Below, piece by piece: positions 26,204 through 34,455 of a DNA stretch of 60,088 bases; position 1 is the stretch's first letter, and each line of letters begins with the position of its first letter. Source of the stretch: Candidatus Woesearchaeota archaeon. GTDB lineage: Archaea; Nanobdellota; Nanobdellia; Pacearchaeales; GW2011-AR1. The notes under the pieces were generated by a model. The model saw nothing but the letters and a program-made list of their open reading frames with translations. It had not been told where the DNA came from and did no database searches. Position numbers and translations under genes: made by a program. The stretch spans positions 1 through 60,088 of the forward strand of contig CAYORV010000002.1 of NCBI GenBank assembly GCA_964406515.1, read 5' to 3'.

Positions 26204-26950
26204 TTATTTCCAAATAATCTTTTTGATTTTGTTTGTGATTTTTAATGGCTCCTTGCTTTGCCAAATATTTCTTCCGATTGCTAATCCAATTGCTCCTGTT
26301 TTCATAATTTCTTTTACTTGTTTTAGTAAAATTTTCTCGCCTTTTTTTATTCCTCCGGCAATAATAATCTTTGTCTTACCAGCAGATTTAACTGCCCAAT
26401 TCAAATCTCTTGGGTTTCCAGAATAATTTATTTTTATCATATCTGCACCAATTTCAAGTCCTACTCTTGCAGCATATGCCATTAATTTTTTGCTTGATTT
26501 TCCTTTTACTGCTTTTCCTCTTGGGTAAATCCAGGCAATTGTAGGAAGATTTTGTTTGTGAGCCTGTCTTTGTATTTTTTCAAATTCTTGCATCATAATT
26601 GTTTCGTGTTGGCTTCCAAGGTAGATTGTATAACCAACTGCTGCAGCCCCAAGTTTAACAGCTTCTTGGATGGTACATAATTGTCTTGATATTGGTTCTC
26701 CTTTTACAAGATTTGTCTTTCCGTTTAATTTGATTATCAAAGGAATTTTGCTATTCTTTATTTCTTTTTTATATTTTTTTGCGATTCCTTTTTGAAGAAT
26801 AATTCCTGTGTATTTGCATTTTTTTGCAATATTGATTATGTAATTAGGGTCAACATTTTTATCATTAAAATCTGTTGGACCGTGTTCTAAACCCTGATCA
26901 TAGGCCAAGAAAAGAGCTTTTCCTTTTCGTAAAATTTTGTTTAAATTCAT
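26204..26950 (-). CDS. fba: class I fructose-bisphosphate aldolase (archaeal DhnA/FbaB type)
   Basis: LAYDQGLEHGP plus a TIM-barrel pattern. Sits between tpiA and the PfkB kinase. Confidence 0.85.
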   Translation of the reverse strand: MNLNKILRKGKALFLAYDQGLEHGPTDFNDKNVDPNYIINIAKKCKYTGIILQKGIAKKYKKEIKNSKIPLIIKLNGKTNLVKGEPISRQLCTIQEAVKLGAAAVGYTIYLGSQHETIMMQEFEKIQRQAHKQNLPTIAWIYPRGKAVKGKSSKKLMAYAARVGLEIGADMIKINYSGNPRDLNWAVKSAGKTKIIIAGGIKKGEKILLKQVKEIMKTGAIGLAIGRNIWQSKEPLKITNKIKKIIWK

Positions 26951-27837
26951 TTTAACCTCATTTTTAATAAATTATTTTTAGCTCCAAAGTGTCTTATGAC
27001 AGATTCTGATTCTTTAAGAGCGAGAACCAAACTTTGTTGAATTGTTTTATTAGCTATTTGTCCGGCAACAAATCCAGAAGCAAACGCATCTCCTGCACCT
27101 GTTCGTTCTACTACTTTTATTTTGTGCGGCATGAGCGAATATTTTTTCTTTCCGTCATAAGCTTGAATTTTTTTATCTTTATCTGTAACAACCACAATTC
27201 CTTTAGTAAGTTTATGCAACTCTGTAAGAAGATTTTGTTTTTTCTTTGTGAGCATTTGTGCTTCTTGTTTATTTAAAATTAAGATGTCTGACAATTTTAA
27301 TAATGGCAATATATTTTTTGATTTAATCAGATAACTGCTTGGATTAAATGCAAGTTTTGCTCCTTGTTTTTTTAAGGAGTTAGCGAGTTTTATCTGAGTC
27401 TGAAAACTTTGGCCAAGTAATGAAGAATAATAAAGCCATTTTGTTTTAAACTTTTCAGTATCATCTAAACTTATTTCGTCGTTGATTCCTTTGTATGTCA
27501 ATATTGTCCTGCTTTTTTCCTTGCTGTCAAGAATGATTGAGTATCCTGATTTTTCTTTTTCTTGTTTTCCAAGAAATATTACCTTTTCTTTTTTTAATAA
27601 TTTTAAAATATCATTTTCCTGCTCACCACTTCCGATTTTACAAATGCAGCCTGTTCTCAAGCTAAATCTTGAAAACGCAACAGCTGTATTGGTTCCTCCT
27701 CCGCCAATATCAAATTTCAAATCTTTTATTAAAATTTTAGCTCCAACTGGATAACTGATAAAATTCTTTTTTTCGGAAAGGTCTGTGCCTACAAAAATAT
27801 CTATAACTGCTGAACCAAAACTAACTACATCAAACAT
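26947..27837 (-). CDS. PfkB-family sugar kinase (candidate phosphofructokinase by context)
   Basis: GGGGTN and TGAGDAF PfkB signatures. The 4-bp overlap with fba suggests co-translation. Confidence 0.85.
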   Translation of the reverse strand: MFDVVSFGSAVIDIFVGTDLSEKKNFISYPVGAKILIKDLKFDIGGGGTNTAVAFSRFSLRTGCICKIGSGEQENDILKLLKKEKVIFLGKQEKEKSGYSIILDSKEKSRTILTYKGINDEISLDDTEKFKTKWLYYSSLLGQSFQTQIKLANSLKKQGAKLAFNPSSYLIKSKNILPLLKLSDILILNKQEAQMLTKKKQNLLTELHKLTKGIVVVTDKDKKIQAYDGKKKYSLMPHKIKVVERTGAGDAFASGFVAGQIANKTIQQSLVLALKESESVIRHFGAKNNLLKMRLK

Positions 27838-27891
27838 TTTATCACCTTTTTTTGTTTAAAGACAAAAAAACAGAGAAGATTATAAATGTTA

Positions 27892-29025
27892 TTATTTCAA
27901 AACTTCTAAACCTGGGAGTTTTTTCCCGGCGATATAATTTAGAAGTGCTCCACCAGATAGACTTATGTGGTTGAATTTAATTTTTGGAATTTTTGATTTT
28001 TCAATTGCATCACTAAGATGCCCTCCACCAATAATTGAATATCCTTTATTTTGCGCAATTGTTTTTAGAATTTCAAAAGTGCCTTTTGCAAATTGCTTGT
28101 CTGAAGAAAAACCTGCAGGTCCTTTCATATAAATTGTTCTTGCTTTTCTTATCTCTTTTTTGAAAAGCTCTTGAGTTTTTTCTCCAATATCAAATATTTC
28201 ATATTTGCTTGGAAATTGTTCAAGTAGAATTTCTTTTCTTTTGCCTTTAACCTTAACTGCAAAATCCAAAGGAGTTTGTACATTCTTTAATTTATTTTTT
28301 AATTTCTTTAAAACATTGGAATAATTTTTGATTTCCTTTTTTAGATATTTATTTTGCGCTCCTAAGTTTTTCCCTTTTGCAATAGTGCAAAGTTGTCCAA
28401 ATAAACCACAAGCAAGAACTTTATTCTTTTTTAATAATATTAAATTGTCTTCGGGTTTTGCTCCTCCCAAGATGTAAAGACATCTTTTTAATTGAACTTT
28501 TTTTAAGGCAGTGATTTCTTTTTCCAAAAGTCTACCAGCACAATTTGGCATATATTTTGGGAAACTGACAATTGATGTTTGTTTTCTATGGCAAATAGAA
28601 AATGCATCATTAACATAAGTTATGTCATTAAAATTAAGAAAAAATTTGACTAACTTGTTTTTTCCAGGATGAAATTCTTCTTTTAAGAATCTCAAATTTT
28701 CTAACAAAATTGCATTTCCTGATTTTAAGTTTTGAATGGCTTTTTTTGCTTTTTCTCCGACGGTATCTGGGATGAATTTTATTTTTGTATATTTATTTAG
28801 TATTTTAGCATGTTGTTTAAGGGAAAGAAAATCACTTTTGCCAGGTCTTCCCTGGTGGGCTATTACAATAATCTTTGCTTTTTTTCTTTTAAGTTCTAAG
28901 ATTGTTTGTGCAGATTTTTCAATTCTTTCAGAAGGGAGAACTTTTCCATTTACAACATTTGAATTTAAATCAGTCCGCAAAAGAACTATTTTATTTTTAA
29001 AATTAAAATCCGAGAGAGTTTTCAT
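27892..29025 (-). CDS. pgk: phosphoglycerate kinase
   Basis: N-terminal VLLRTDLNSNV, plus AHQGRPG and GGG..SD segments. Confidence 0.9.
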   Translation of the reverse strand: MKTLSDFNFKNKIVLLRTDLNSNVVNGKVLPSERIEKSAQTILELKRKKAKIIVIAHQGRPGKSDFLSLKQHAKILNKYTKIKFIPDTVGEKAKKAIQNLKSGNAILLENLRFLKEEFHPGKNKLVKFFLNFNDITYVNDAFSICHRKQTSIVSFPKYMPNCAGRLLEKEITALKKVQLKRCLYILGGAKPEDNLILLKKNKVLACGLFGQLCTIAKGKNLGAQNKYLKKEIKNYSNVLKKLKNKLKNVQTPLDFAVKVKGKRKEILLEQFPSKYEIFDIGEKTQELFKKEIRKARTIYMKGPAGFSSDKQFAKGTFEILKTIAQNKGYSIIGGGHLSDAIEKSKIPKIKFNHISLSGGALLNYIAGKKLPGLEVLK

Positions 29026-29037
29026 TTTTCCTTGAGT

Positions 29038-30018
29038 TTATTTCAACATTTTTAGTAATTCAATCATTCTACAGCTGTATCCATATTCATTATCATACCA
29101 ACTTAAAACTTTGGCTGTATTTCCTATAACTTGAGTTGAAGAGCCGTCGACAATTGAACTATTAGAATTCCTGATAATATCTGAAGAAACAATTTCATCT
29201 TCTGTATATTGTAGAATTCCTTTCATTTTTCCTGATGCTGCTTTTTTGAATGTATTATTTATTTGTTTTGCTGAGGGTTTTTTATTAAGTTCAACAACAA
29301 AATCCACAATGCTTCCGCATGCAATTGGGACTCGCATGGCTAATCCATTTATTTTTCCTTTTAAAGATGGAAGAACCTTTGATGTTGCTGTTGTGGCTCC
29401 AGATGTTGTTGGAATTATATTCACTGCAGCAGCTCTTCCTCTTCTTAATTTTTCATGAGGAACATCCAAAATTTTTTGGTCATTTGTGTAGGCGTGAACA
29501 GTTGTCATGAATCCTTTCTTAATTCCAAAAGAATCATTTAAAACCTTGGCAAGAGGAGCCAAGCAGTTAGTAGTGCAGGAAGACATTGAAATAATTTTAT
29601 CTGTTTTTTTTAGTTTATTTTCATTTACCCCTAAAATTATCATGTTATCTGCGTCGTCACTATTGGCTGAAATGATTACTTTTTTTGCTCCAGCGTTTAA
29701 ATGCAATGCTGCTTTTTCTCTATCACAGAAAAATCCTGTTGATTCCACCACTACATCTACTCCTAATTCTTTCCAAGGGAGATTTTCAGGGTTTTCTTCT
29801 GAGAGTACTTTTATTTTTTTCCCTGCTATTTTGATGAAATCTTTTCCAGCTTCAACTTTCTTATCATAATTTCCATAAACAGAATCATATTTTATCAAAT
29901 ATGCAAGAGTTTTTGGATTAGTTAAATCATTTATGGCCACAAAATTTATTCCTTTTTCAAGACCAATTTTTAAAACCAATCTTCCAATTCTGCCTAAACC
30001 ATTAATAGCTATCTTCAT
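29038..30018 (-). CDS. gap: glyceraldehyde-3-phosphate dehydrogenase, class I (bacterial/eukaryal type)
   Basis: Motifs INGLGRIGRLV, catalytic SCTTNCLAP and WYDNEYGYS. Confidence 0.95.
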   Translation of the reverse strand: MKIAINGLGRIGRLVLKIGLEKGINFVAINDLTNPKTLAYLIKYDSVYGNYDKKVEAGKDFIKIAGKKIKVLSEENPENLPWKELGVDVVVESTGFFCDREKAALHLNAGAKKVIISANSDDADNMIILGVNENKLKKTDKIISMSSCTTNCLAPLAKVLNDSFGIKKGFMTTVHAYTNDQKILDVPHEKLRRGRAAAVNIIPTTSGATTATSKVLPSLKGKINGLAMRVPIACGSIVDFVVELNKKPSAKQINNTFKKAASGKMKGILQYTEDEIVSSDIIRNSNSSIVDGSSTQVIGNTAKVLSWYDNEYGYSCRMIELLKMLK

Positions 30019-30086
30019 TTTATCCTCTTTTATAATTTTAATAACGAGAATGATTTAATAAAGTTTTCTAAACAAGTTATTTTAAA

Positions 30087-30902
30087 TTAATTGATTAAGA
30101 GAGCTGCTCCAAGAATTCCTGGATGTTCTAAAGTTGTCCATTTAATTTCAGGTTTCTCTGGAATTATAATATATTTTATTGCTTGTTTTTTTACCATATT
30201 CAAAAAAATACTACCAGTTTCTTTTACTCCTCCAGATAATACAACAATTTCTGGGTCAAAAATATTTATAAGGGAAGCTATGCCTCGTCCAAGACAAACA
30301 CTAAGTTCTTTTAAGAATTTTTTAGCTTTGGGATTTTTCATTTTCAATAAATCTTTAATCAAAATTTTCTCGCCAAATGCTTTTCTATATCTCTTTCTTA
30401 TATCTTGCCAAACATCTTCAAAATCTCTTTTTTTATCAAGGTGAATGTGACCCAATTCTCCCCCATATCCTTCACCCATTTCAAGTTTGCCGTCAAGTAT
30501 TATCCCTCCACCAATACCTGTGCCTAATGTTAGCACCAAAAAATTATTCTTCTTGCAACCTAATTTTGCTTCTGCTAATGCAACACAACCGGCATCATTT
30601 TCTACTTCTACTCTTTTCTTAAATTTCTTTTTAAGAATCTTTTTTAGATTAAGGGTTTTAAATGGCAGGTTTGGGGGATTTTTAATTATCCCATTTTTCA
30701 AGGGGCCGGCACTTGCAACACCAATTGCCTTTACATCTTTTGTCATTAATGATTCAATTGAAGATAATAATTCTTTTACTATGGCTTTTTTATTTTTTGG
30801 AGTTTCTTTTTTTATATATTTTATTATTTTATTATTTTTTACAATCCCTGTTCTCAAAAATGTTCCTCCCAAATCTACTGTAATAATTTTATTTCCGGCC
30901 AT
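30087..30902 (-). CDS. ROK-family glucokinase
   Basis: Motifs DLGGT, LGTGIGGGIILDGKL and GHIHLD. Confidence 0.85.
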   Translation of the reverse strand: MAGNKIITVDLGGTFLRTGIVKNNKIIKYIKKETPKNKKAIVKELLSSIESLMTKDVKAIGVASAGPLKNGIIKNPPNLPFKTLNLKKILKKKFKKRVEVENDAGCVALAEAKLGCKKNNFLVLTLGTGIGGGIILDGKLEMGEGYGGELGHIHLDKKRDFEDVWQDIRKRYRKAFGEKILIKDLLKMKNPKAKKFLKELSVCLGRGIASLINIFDPEIVVLSGGVKETGSIFLNMVKKQAIKYIIIPEKPEIKWTTLEHPGILGAALLIN

Positions 30903-31221
30903 ACTTGTCCTCCAGCCTAGTCACATCTTTTTCACTAAACTGTCCTTCTGAAATTTCTAGAACTTCTACCTTTTTTTTCTCGGCAAATAATCTGTGTGCA
31001 ACATTTTTGTTAATCTGGACTAATTCTCCTTTCTTAACTTTGGTTTTCTTTTTACCAACTTGGACATATCCTGGAGTTAAAAAAAACCATGTCTCTTTTC
31101 TTTTTTTATGTTTTTGCAAACTTAATTTTTGATTAGGATTAACTTCTAGAATTTTCACGGTGCATTTTTTATTGAGGACAAATCGTCTAAAAAGTCCCCA
31201 AGGTTTTTTTACTGTTTTCAT
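30889..31221 (-). CDS. cupin-type mannose-6-phosphate isomerase domain protein (type II PMI C-terminal-like)
   Basis: Motif KPWG....VK.LEV.P.QKLSLQKH..R.E.W........V....HRL......LEIS.G...E.D..RLEDKYGR. Confidence 0.8.
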   Translation of the reverse strand: MKTVKKPWGLFRRFVLNKKCTVKILEVNPNQKLSLQKHKKRKETWFFLTPGYVQVGKKKTKVKKGELVQINKNVAHRLFAEKKKVEVLEISEGQFSEKDVTRLEDKYGRK

Positions 31222-31449
31222 TTGGAATTTTTTGCAATTTTTTTTCTAATATGCTTGTCTCTATAACCTCTGGTAATCCCCCTCTTTTTCATATTAAGAA
31301 AATAAAACTAAACATATTTATAAAATCTTTCATAAGAAACTTTTATGCACGGAAAAAAAGAGTGTGTTCGATAATTTTATAAACCCTTTTTAGCAACTAA
31401 TTTTAGTTAAATGGTGAAAACTAATCTAACGCCGAAAGGTGTGACTAAC

Positions 31450-31881
31450 ATGGAAACAAATCCAATTTATGACTTAAATGCGCAAGAATATAACCTTAAA
31501 TTAGCTGAGGCTTTGAAAGGGCTTCCGGAGTTTGAGCAACCAGAATGGGCAGCATTTGTAAAATCTTCTCCAAGTAAAGAAAGACCAATAGATGACGAGG
31601 ATTTTTGGCATAAGCGAGCGGCAAGTATTTTGAGACAAGTTTATCTTAGAGGATTTACTGGTGTTAATAGATTAAGAACAAGATATGGAAGTAAAAAAAA
31701 TAGGGGATATGCACCTGAGAAATTTATGAAAGCTGGTAAGAAAATTATTCGGACTATTTTACAGCAAGCAGATAAAGCTGATTTTACTGAAATATTTATT
31801 CCTGCAAGGGGCGTTAAGAGTCAAAAGCCAGGTAGGAGATTAACTCCAAAAGGTAAGGAATTCATGGAGGGAATTAAATAA
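31450..31881 (+). CDS. rps19e: 30S ribosomal protein S19e
   Basis: Motifs LAEALKG....P.WAAFVKSS..KERP, FWHKRAASILRQVYL and YGSKKNRG..PEKF. ATG 31450 is preferred because aggtg lies upstream; the ORF track starts at 31411. Confidence 0.9.
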   Translation: METNPIYDLNAQEYNLKLAEALKGLPEFEQPEWAAFVKSSPSKERPIDDEDFWHKRAASILRQVYLRGFTGVNRLRTRYGSKKNRGYAPEKFMKAGKKIIRTILQQADKADFTEIFIPARGVKSQKPGRRLTPKGKEFMEGIK

Positions 31882-31882
31882 A

Positions 31883-32071
31883 ATGGGATGGATACTTGAA
31901 AGTAATCAGGAAAATGGGAAAGTGGATCATAAACTTACCGGTCCAGGGGGAATTGAAATTGATGTGAATAGAATTCCTTTATTAGGAAATGGATTAGAAC
32001 TAAAAAGAAGGGAACATTGTTATAGATTTATGGGTGATTCAAAATTAAATTATATCTGTGAGAAAATATAA
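31883..32071 (+). CDS. hypothetical small protein in ribosomal-protein operon
   Basis: 62-aa ORF joined to rps19e by a TAAAATG junction. No recognised family. Confidence 0.4.
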   Translation: MGWILESNQENGKVDHKLTGPGGIEIDVNRIPLLGNGLELKRREHCYRFMGDSKLNYICEKI

Positions 32072-32072
32072 A

Positions 32073-32273
32073 ATGGCCTGGACAGTTATAAGCAAATACA
32101 ATGGGGCAGATAAAGGAACAGAAAATCATGTTTATAGCATTGTAGGTCGAGAAATGGATGTAATGGGTGCTCAAAGATTTCATCCAAAAGTTTCTAAGAA
32201 AATAAGAGAACATAGAACAAGGTTGGAAAATGATTATGAATTAAAAAAAATTATTTCGAGGGTTGAAATATAA
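32073..32273 (+). CDS. hypothetical small protein in ribosomal-protein operon
   Basis: 66 aa from ATG 32073 (MAWTVISKY...), preceded by a TAAAATG junction. No recognised family. Confidence 0.4.
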   Translation: MAWTVISKYNGADKGTENHVYSIVGREMDVMGAQRFHPKVSKKIREHRTRLENDYELKKIISRVEI

Positions 32274-32274
32274 A

Positions 32275-32478
32275 ATGGGAATAAAAAATCCACAGAAAAA
32301 GGAAAAGCTCGCGAATGCAGGCAAGAGAACTAAGTGGGCTCCTGTTTGGGTTGTTTTGAAAAAATATGGAATGGGAAAACGAGTTCATCCTTCTGCAATC
32401 ACACGACATAGAAGAAGTTGGAGAAGGACAAAATTACATATCACACCAAGAAAACAAAGGAAATCGCACTTCGGATAA
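32275..32478 (+). CDS. rpl39e: 50S ribosomal protein L39e
   Basis: MGIKNPQKKEKLANAGKRTKWAPVWVVLKK....HP....RHRRSWRRTKL matches the L39e pattern. ATG 32275 follows a TAAAATG junction. Confidence 0.85.
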   Translation: MGIKNPQKKEKLANAGKRTKWAPVWVVLKKYGMGKRVHPSAITRHRRSWRRTKLHITPRKQRKSHFG

Positions 32479-32479
32479 A

Positions 32480-32767
32480 ATGGAAAAACAATATCATGTT
32501 GGGAGTTGTATGGAAGCTTCATTATCTTTAGAAGAATATCGAAATTTGGAATTTCCTAATTTAAAAAAAGTGAAATGGACTACATCTGCAGAAGGAGATA
32601 TACGTCAAATCTTTTTTACACCGGACACCATGATCACACTTACAAATTCCTCTTCCGAAGGAACATTGGCTAAAATAAAAGGAAATATAGATAATATAGA
32701 ATCTTCTCGTCAATTATGGGAAAAAATATTGGGAGGAAAATTCGAAGAAATTGAAAATGGCAACTAA
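32480..32767 (+). CDS. hypothetical small protein in ribosomal-protein operon
   Basis: 96 aa from ATG 32480 (MEKQYHVGSC...), the in-frame internal start of track ORF 32366..32767. Preceded by a TAAAATG junction. Confidence 0.4.
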   Translation: MEKQYHVGSCMEASLSLEEYRNLEFPNLKKVKWTTSAEGDIRQIFFTPDTMITLTNSSSEGTLAKIKGNIDNIESSRQLWEKILGGKFEEIENGN

Positions 32768-33401
32768 AAAACCAGAACCTAAAACAGAGAAGATTGAAAG
32801 AGAATATGTTATCCCACTTAGAGAAAAGGTTCGGGTTGTGCCGAGATATAAGAAAACAAACAAGGCAGTTAAAACGGTTAAGGAATTTTTGGTTAGGCAT
32901 ATGAAAGTTTATGATAGGGATTTGAATAAGATTAAAATTGATAAATATTTGAATGAGGCTTTGTGGTTTAGAGGGATAAGAAAGCCACCTCATAAGATTA
33001 AAGTTAAAGCTATTAAAGAAGGCGACATTGTTCGAGTTGAATTGGCTGAACTTCCTACTAAATTGAAATTTAAGAAAGCAAGAGAAGAGAAAGTTTTGAA
33101 AAAGGCTAAAGACATCTTGGAAGGAAAAAAGACAAAGATGGCTAAGGTAAAGGAAGGTATGCAGGGAGGAGACGTGACACCAAAAGAAGGTGAGGCAGAA
33201 AAAGCGACGGCACCCAAGGGGGGTGTACCTTCTGACGAAGGCAAAGATAAAAAAGCCGAAGAAAAAGAAAAGAAGTCTGCGGTTGTTGAAGCAGGCGCGC
33301 AAATGGAAAAGGCGGCTGCGCAAAAAGAAAAGCACGCAACGCAAGCAGCAGGAAAACAAACTAAGCAAAAGCACCAAGTTAGAAAAGCTTTGGCGAAATA
33401 G
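32751..33401 (+). CDS. rpl31e: 50S ribosomal protein L31e with about 115-aa Lys/Glu/Ala-rich C-terminal extension
   Basis: L31e core: REYVIPLREKVRVVPRYKKTNKAVKTVKEFLVRHMKV...LNEALWFRGIRKPPHKIKV. The low-complexity tail is visibly more GC-rich. Confidence 0.8.
   Translation: MKMATKKPEPKTEKIEREYVIPLREKVRVVPRYKKTNKAVKTVKEFLVRHMKVYDRDLNKIKIDKYLNEALWFRGIRKPPHKIKVKAIKEGDIVRVELAELPTKLKFKKAREEKVLKKAKDILEGKKTKMAKVKEGMQGGDVTPKEGEAEKATAPKGGVPSDEGKDKKAEEKEKKSAVVEAGAQMEKAAAQKEKHATQAAGKQTKQKHQVRKALAK
33297..33401 (+). repeat. rpl31e 3'-end segment, copy 1 (in-gene) of a 105-bp diverged direct repeat
   Basis: Aligns codon for codon with 34301..34405. By hand count there are 35 codons with about 16 synonymous and about 6 nonsynonymous differences. 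Confidence 0.85.
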
Positions 33402-33448
33402 AATTCTACAACAATAATATTTAAATAGGGAGAAAAAAGACTTTTGAA

Positions 33449-34171
33449 ATGATAGATAACTTGATATTCATAGGAACGGTCCATTCAGATTCTAAATTAA
33501 AAAAACGTTTGGAAAAGTTATTGAGCTATCTAAACCCTGATATTATAACTGTAGAGTATACTAATGGAAGAGAAAGGGAGGAAAAAAAATTTTATCAATC
33601 TATACTTAATATATTAAAGAAAAAAGGTATTGGGGAAGAGGTGATTAAAGAATACATTCCGAAGATAGAAAATGAATCAACCATTTGTATGGATTATGCT
33701 CAAGAAAAAGAAATCTCTTGTTTTTTTATAGATAAGAGTACCGTCGCTGTAAAGAATCTGCTTTTCTTAACAGAGATGAAAACATTAAGAAAAATAACAC
33801 AGATGAAAATATCAAGAAAAATGGGGAAAAAATCTAAGGATAAAATGGAGAGAGTGATGAAAAGGGAGCCTAAAACTGGAAAATTAATGCAAAAGATCTT
33901 CGATTCAGTATTTTATAATGAGCGTAACGTATCAAGAGAGAATAAATATATACTTCAAAGAGTATATGGAGATGATTTTATTGGGAAAAGAGATGAATAT
34001 ATGGCGGAATCCTTAAATACTCTCTCAGAATTTTATCCTAATAAAAAAATTGTTCATGTTGGGGGATTTTCACATCTCGCGAATCATGATTCTGATACTA
34101 CTGTTGTAAATTTAGGGAAATTATTTCCAGAAAGTGAAAAATACTTATTACCTCAAGCAGATTCTTTATAA
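33449..34171 (+). CDS. TraB/GumN-family protein
   Basis: N-terminal IFIGTVHSDS....LNPDIITVEY and C-terminal VHVGGFSHL resemble TraB motifs (GTAHVS...PD.V.VEL...GAGHL). Confidence 0.6.
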   Translation: MIDNLIFIGTVHSDSKLKKRLEKLLSYLNPDIITVEYTNGREREEKKFYQSILNILKKKGIGEEVIKEYIPKIENESTICMDYAQEKEISCFFIDKSTVAVKNLLFLTEMKTLRKITQMKISRKMGKKSKDKMERVMKREPKTGKLMQKIFDSVFYNERNVSRENKYILQRVYGDDFIGKRDEYMAESLNTLSEFYPNKKIVHVGGFSHLANHDSDTTVVNLGKLFPESEKYLLPQADSL

Positions 34172-34300
34172 TTTCTTATCAAATCTATTAATATCTCTCT
34201 GACATCTTTTAGAAATTGTTTCTTTCCAAGATTTATTTAAATCAACATTATGAGAATTTGCTAAACAAACTAGGGCAAACATGATATCACAAATTTCCTC
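34166..34300 (-). pseudogene. C-terminal fragment of a MazG-like nucleotide pyrophosphohydrolase (N-terminal half missing)
   Basis: Hand translation gives ...EEICDIMFALVCLANSHNVDLNKSWKETISKRCQRDINRFDKKL*, which matches the EE..D...L..LAN...iDL....K..RD..R MazG C-terminal pattern. Homology stops at the repeat boundary near 34300. Confidence 0.45.
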
Positions 34301-34405
34301 GCACAAATGGAGAAAGCATCTGCACAAAAGGAAAAGAAATCAACCAAAACTGCTGGAAAAATGACCAAACAGAAACATCAAGTAAGAAAGGCTTTGGCTA
34401 AATAG
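34301..34405 (+). pseudogene. orphan duplicate of the rpl31e 3' end (copy 2)
   Basis: Encodes AQMEKASAQKEKKSTKTAGKMTKQKHQVRKALAK*, against AQMEKAAAQKEKHATQAAGKQTKQKHQVRKALAK* in rpl31e. Similarity continues about 25-30 bp past the stop codon. Confidence 0.7.
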
Positions 34406-34455
34406 TTGTTTTAAATCACAGTAATATTTTTAAAGGAATTTTTTATATTATTTTA

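Noticed and set aside
31218-31292. 24-aa basic mini-ORF (MKKRGITRGYRDKHIRKKIAKNSK) whose TGA overlaps the ATG of the cupin gene
   Set aside because: The ATGA coupling is suggestive. However, the ORF is too short and lacks any recognisable family, so it cannot be called a gene without conservation or Ribo-seq evidence.
32670-33484. Minus-strand ORFs of 235, 164 and 65 aa, and plus-strand 33190..33417, overlapping rpl31e
   Set aside because: These are antisense or alternate-frame readings of the low-complexity Lys/Glu-rich L31e tail. The L31e frame has the recognisable ribosomal core.
33297-34405. Possible DGR template/variable repeat pair
   Set aside because: Mismatches between the copies are of all types, not adenine-specific. 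No reverse transcriptase ORF is present. The pattern is codon-wise synonymous divergence.
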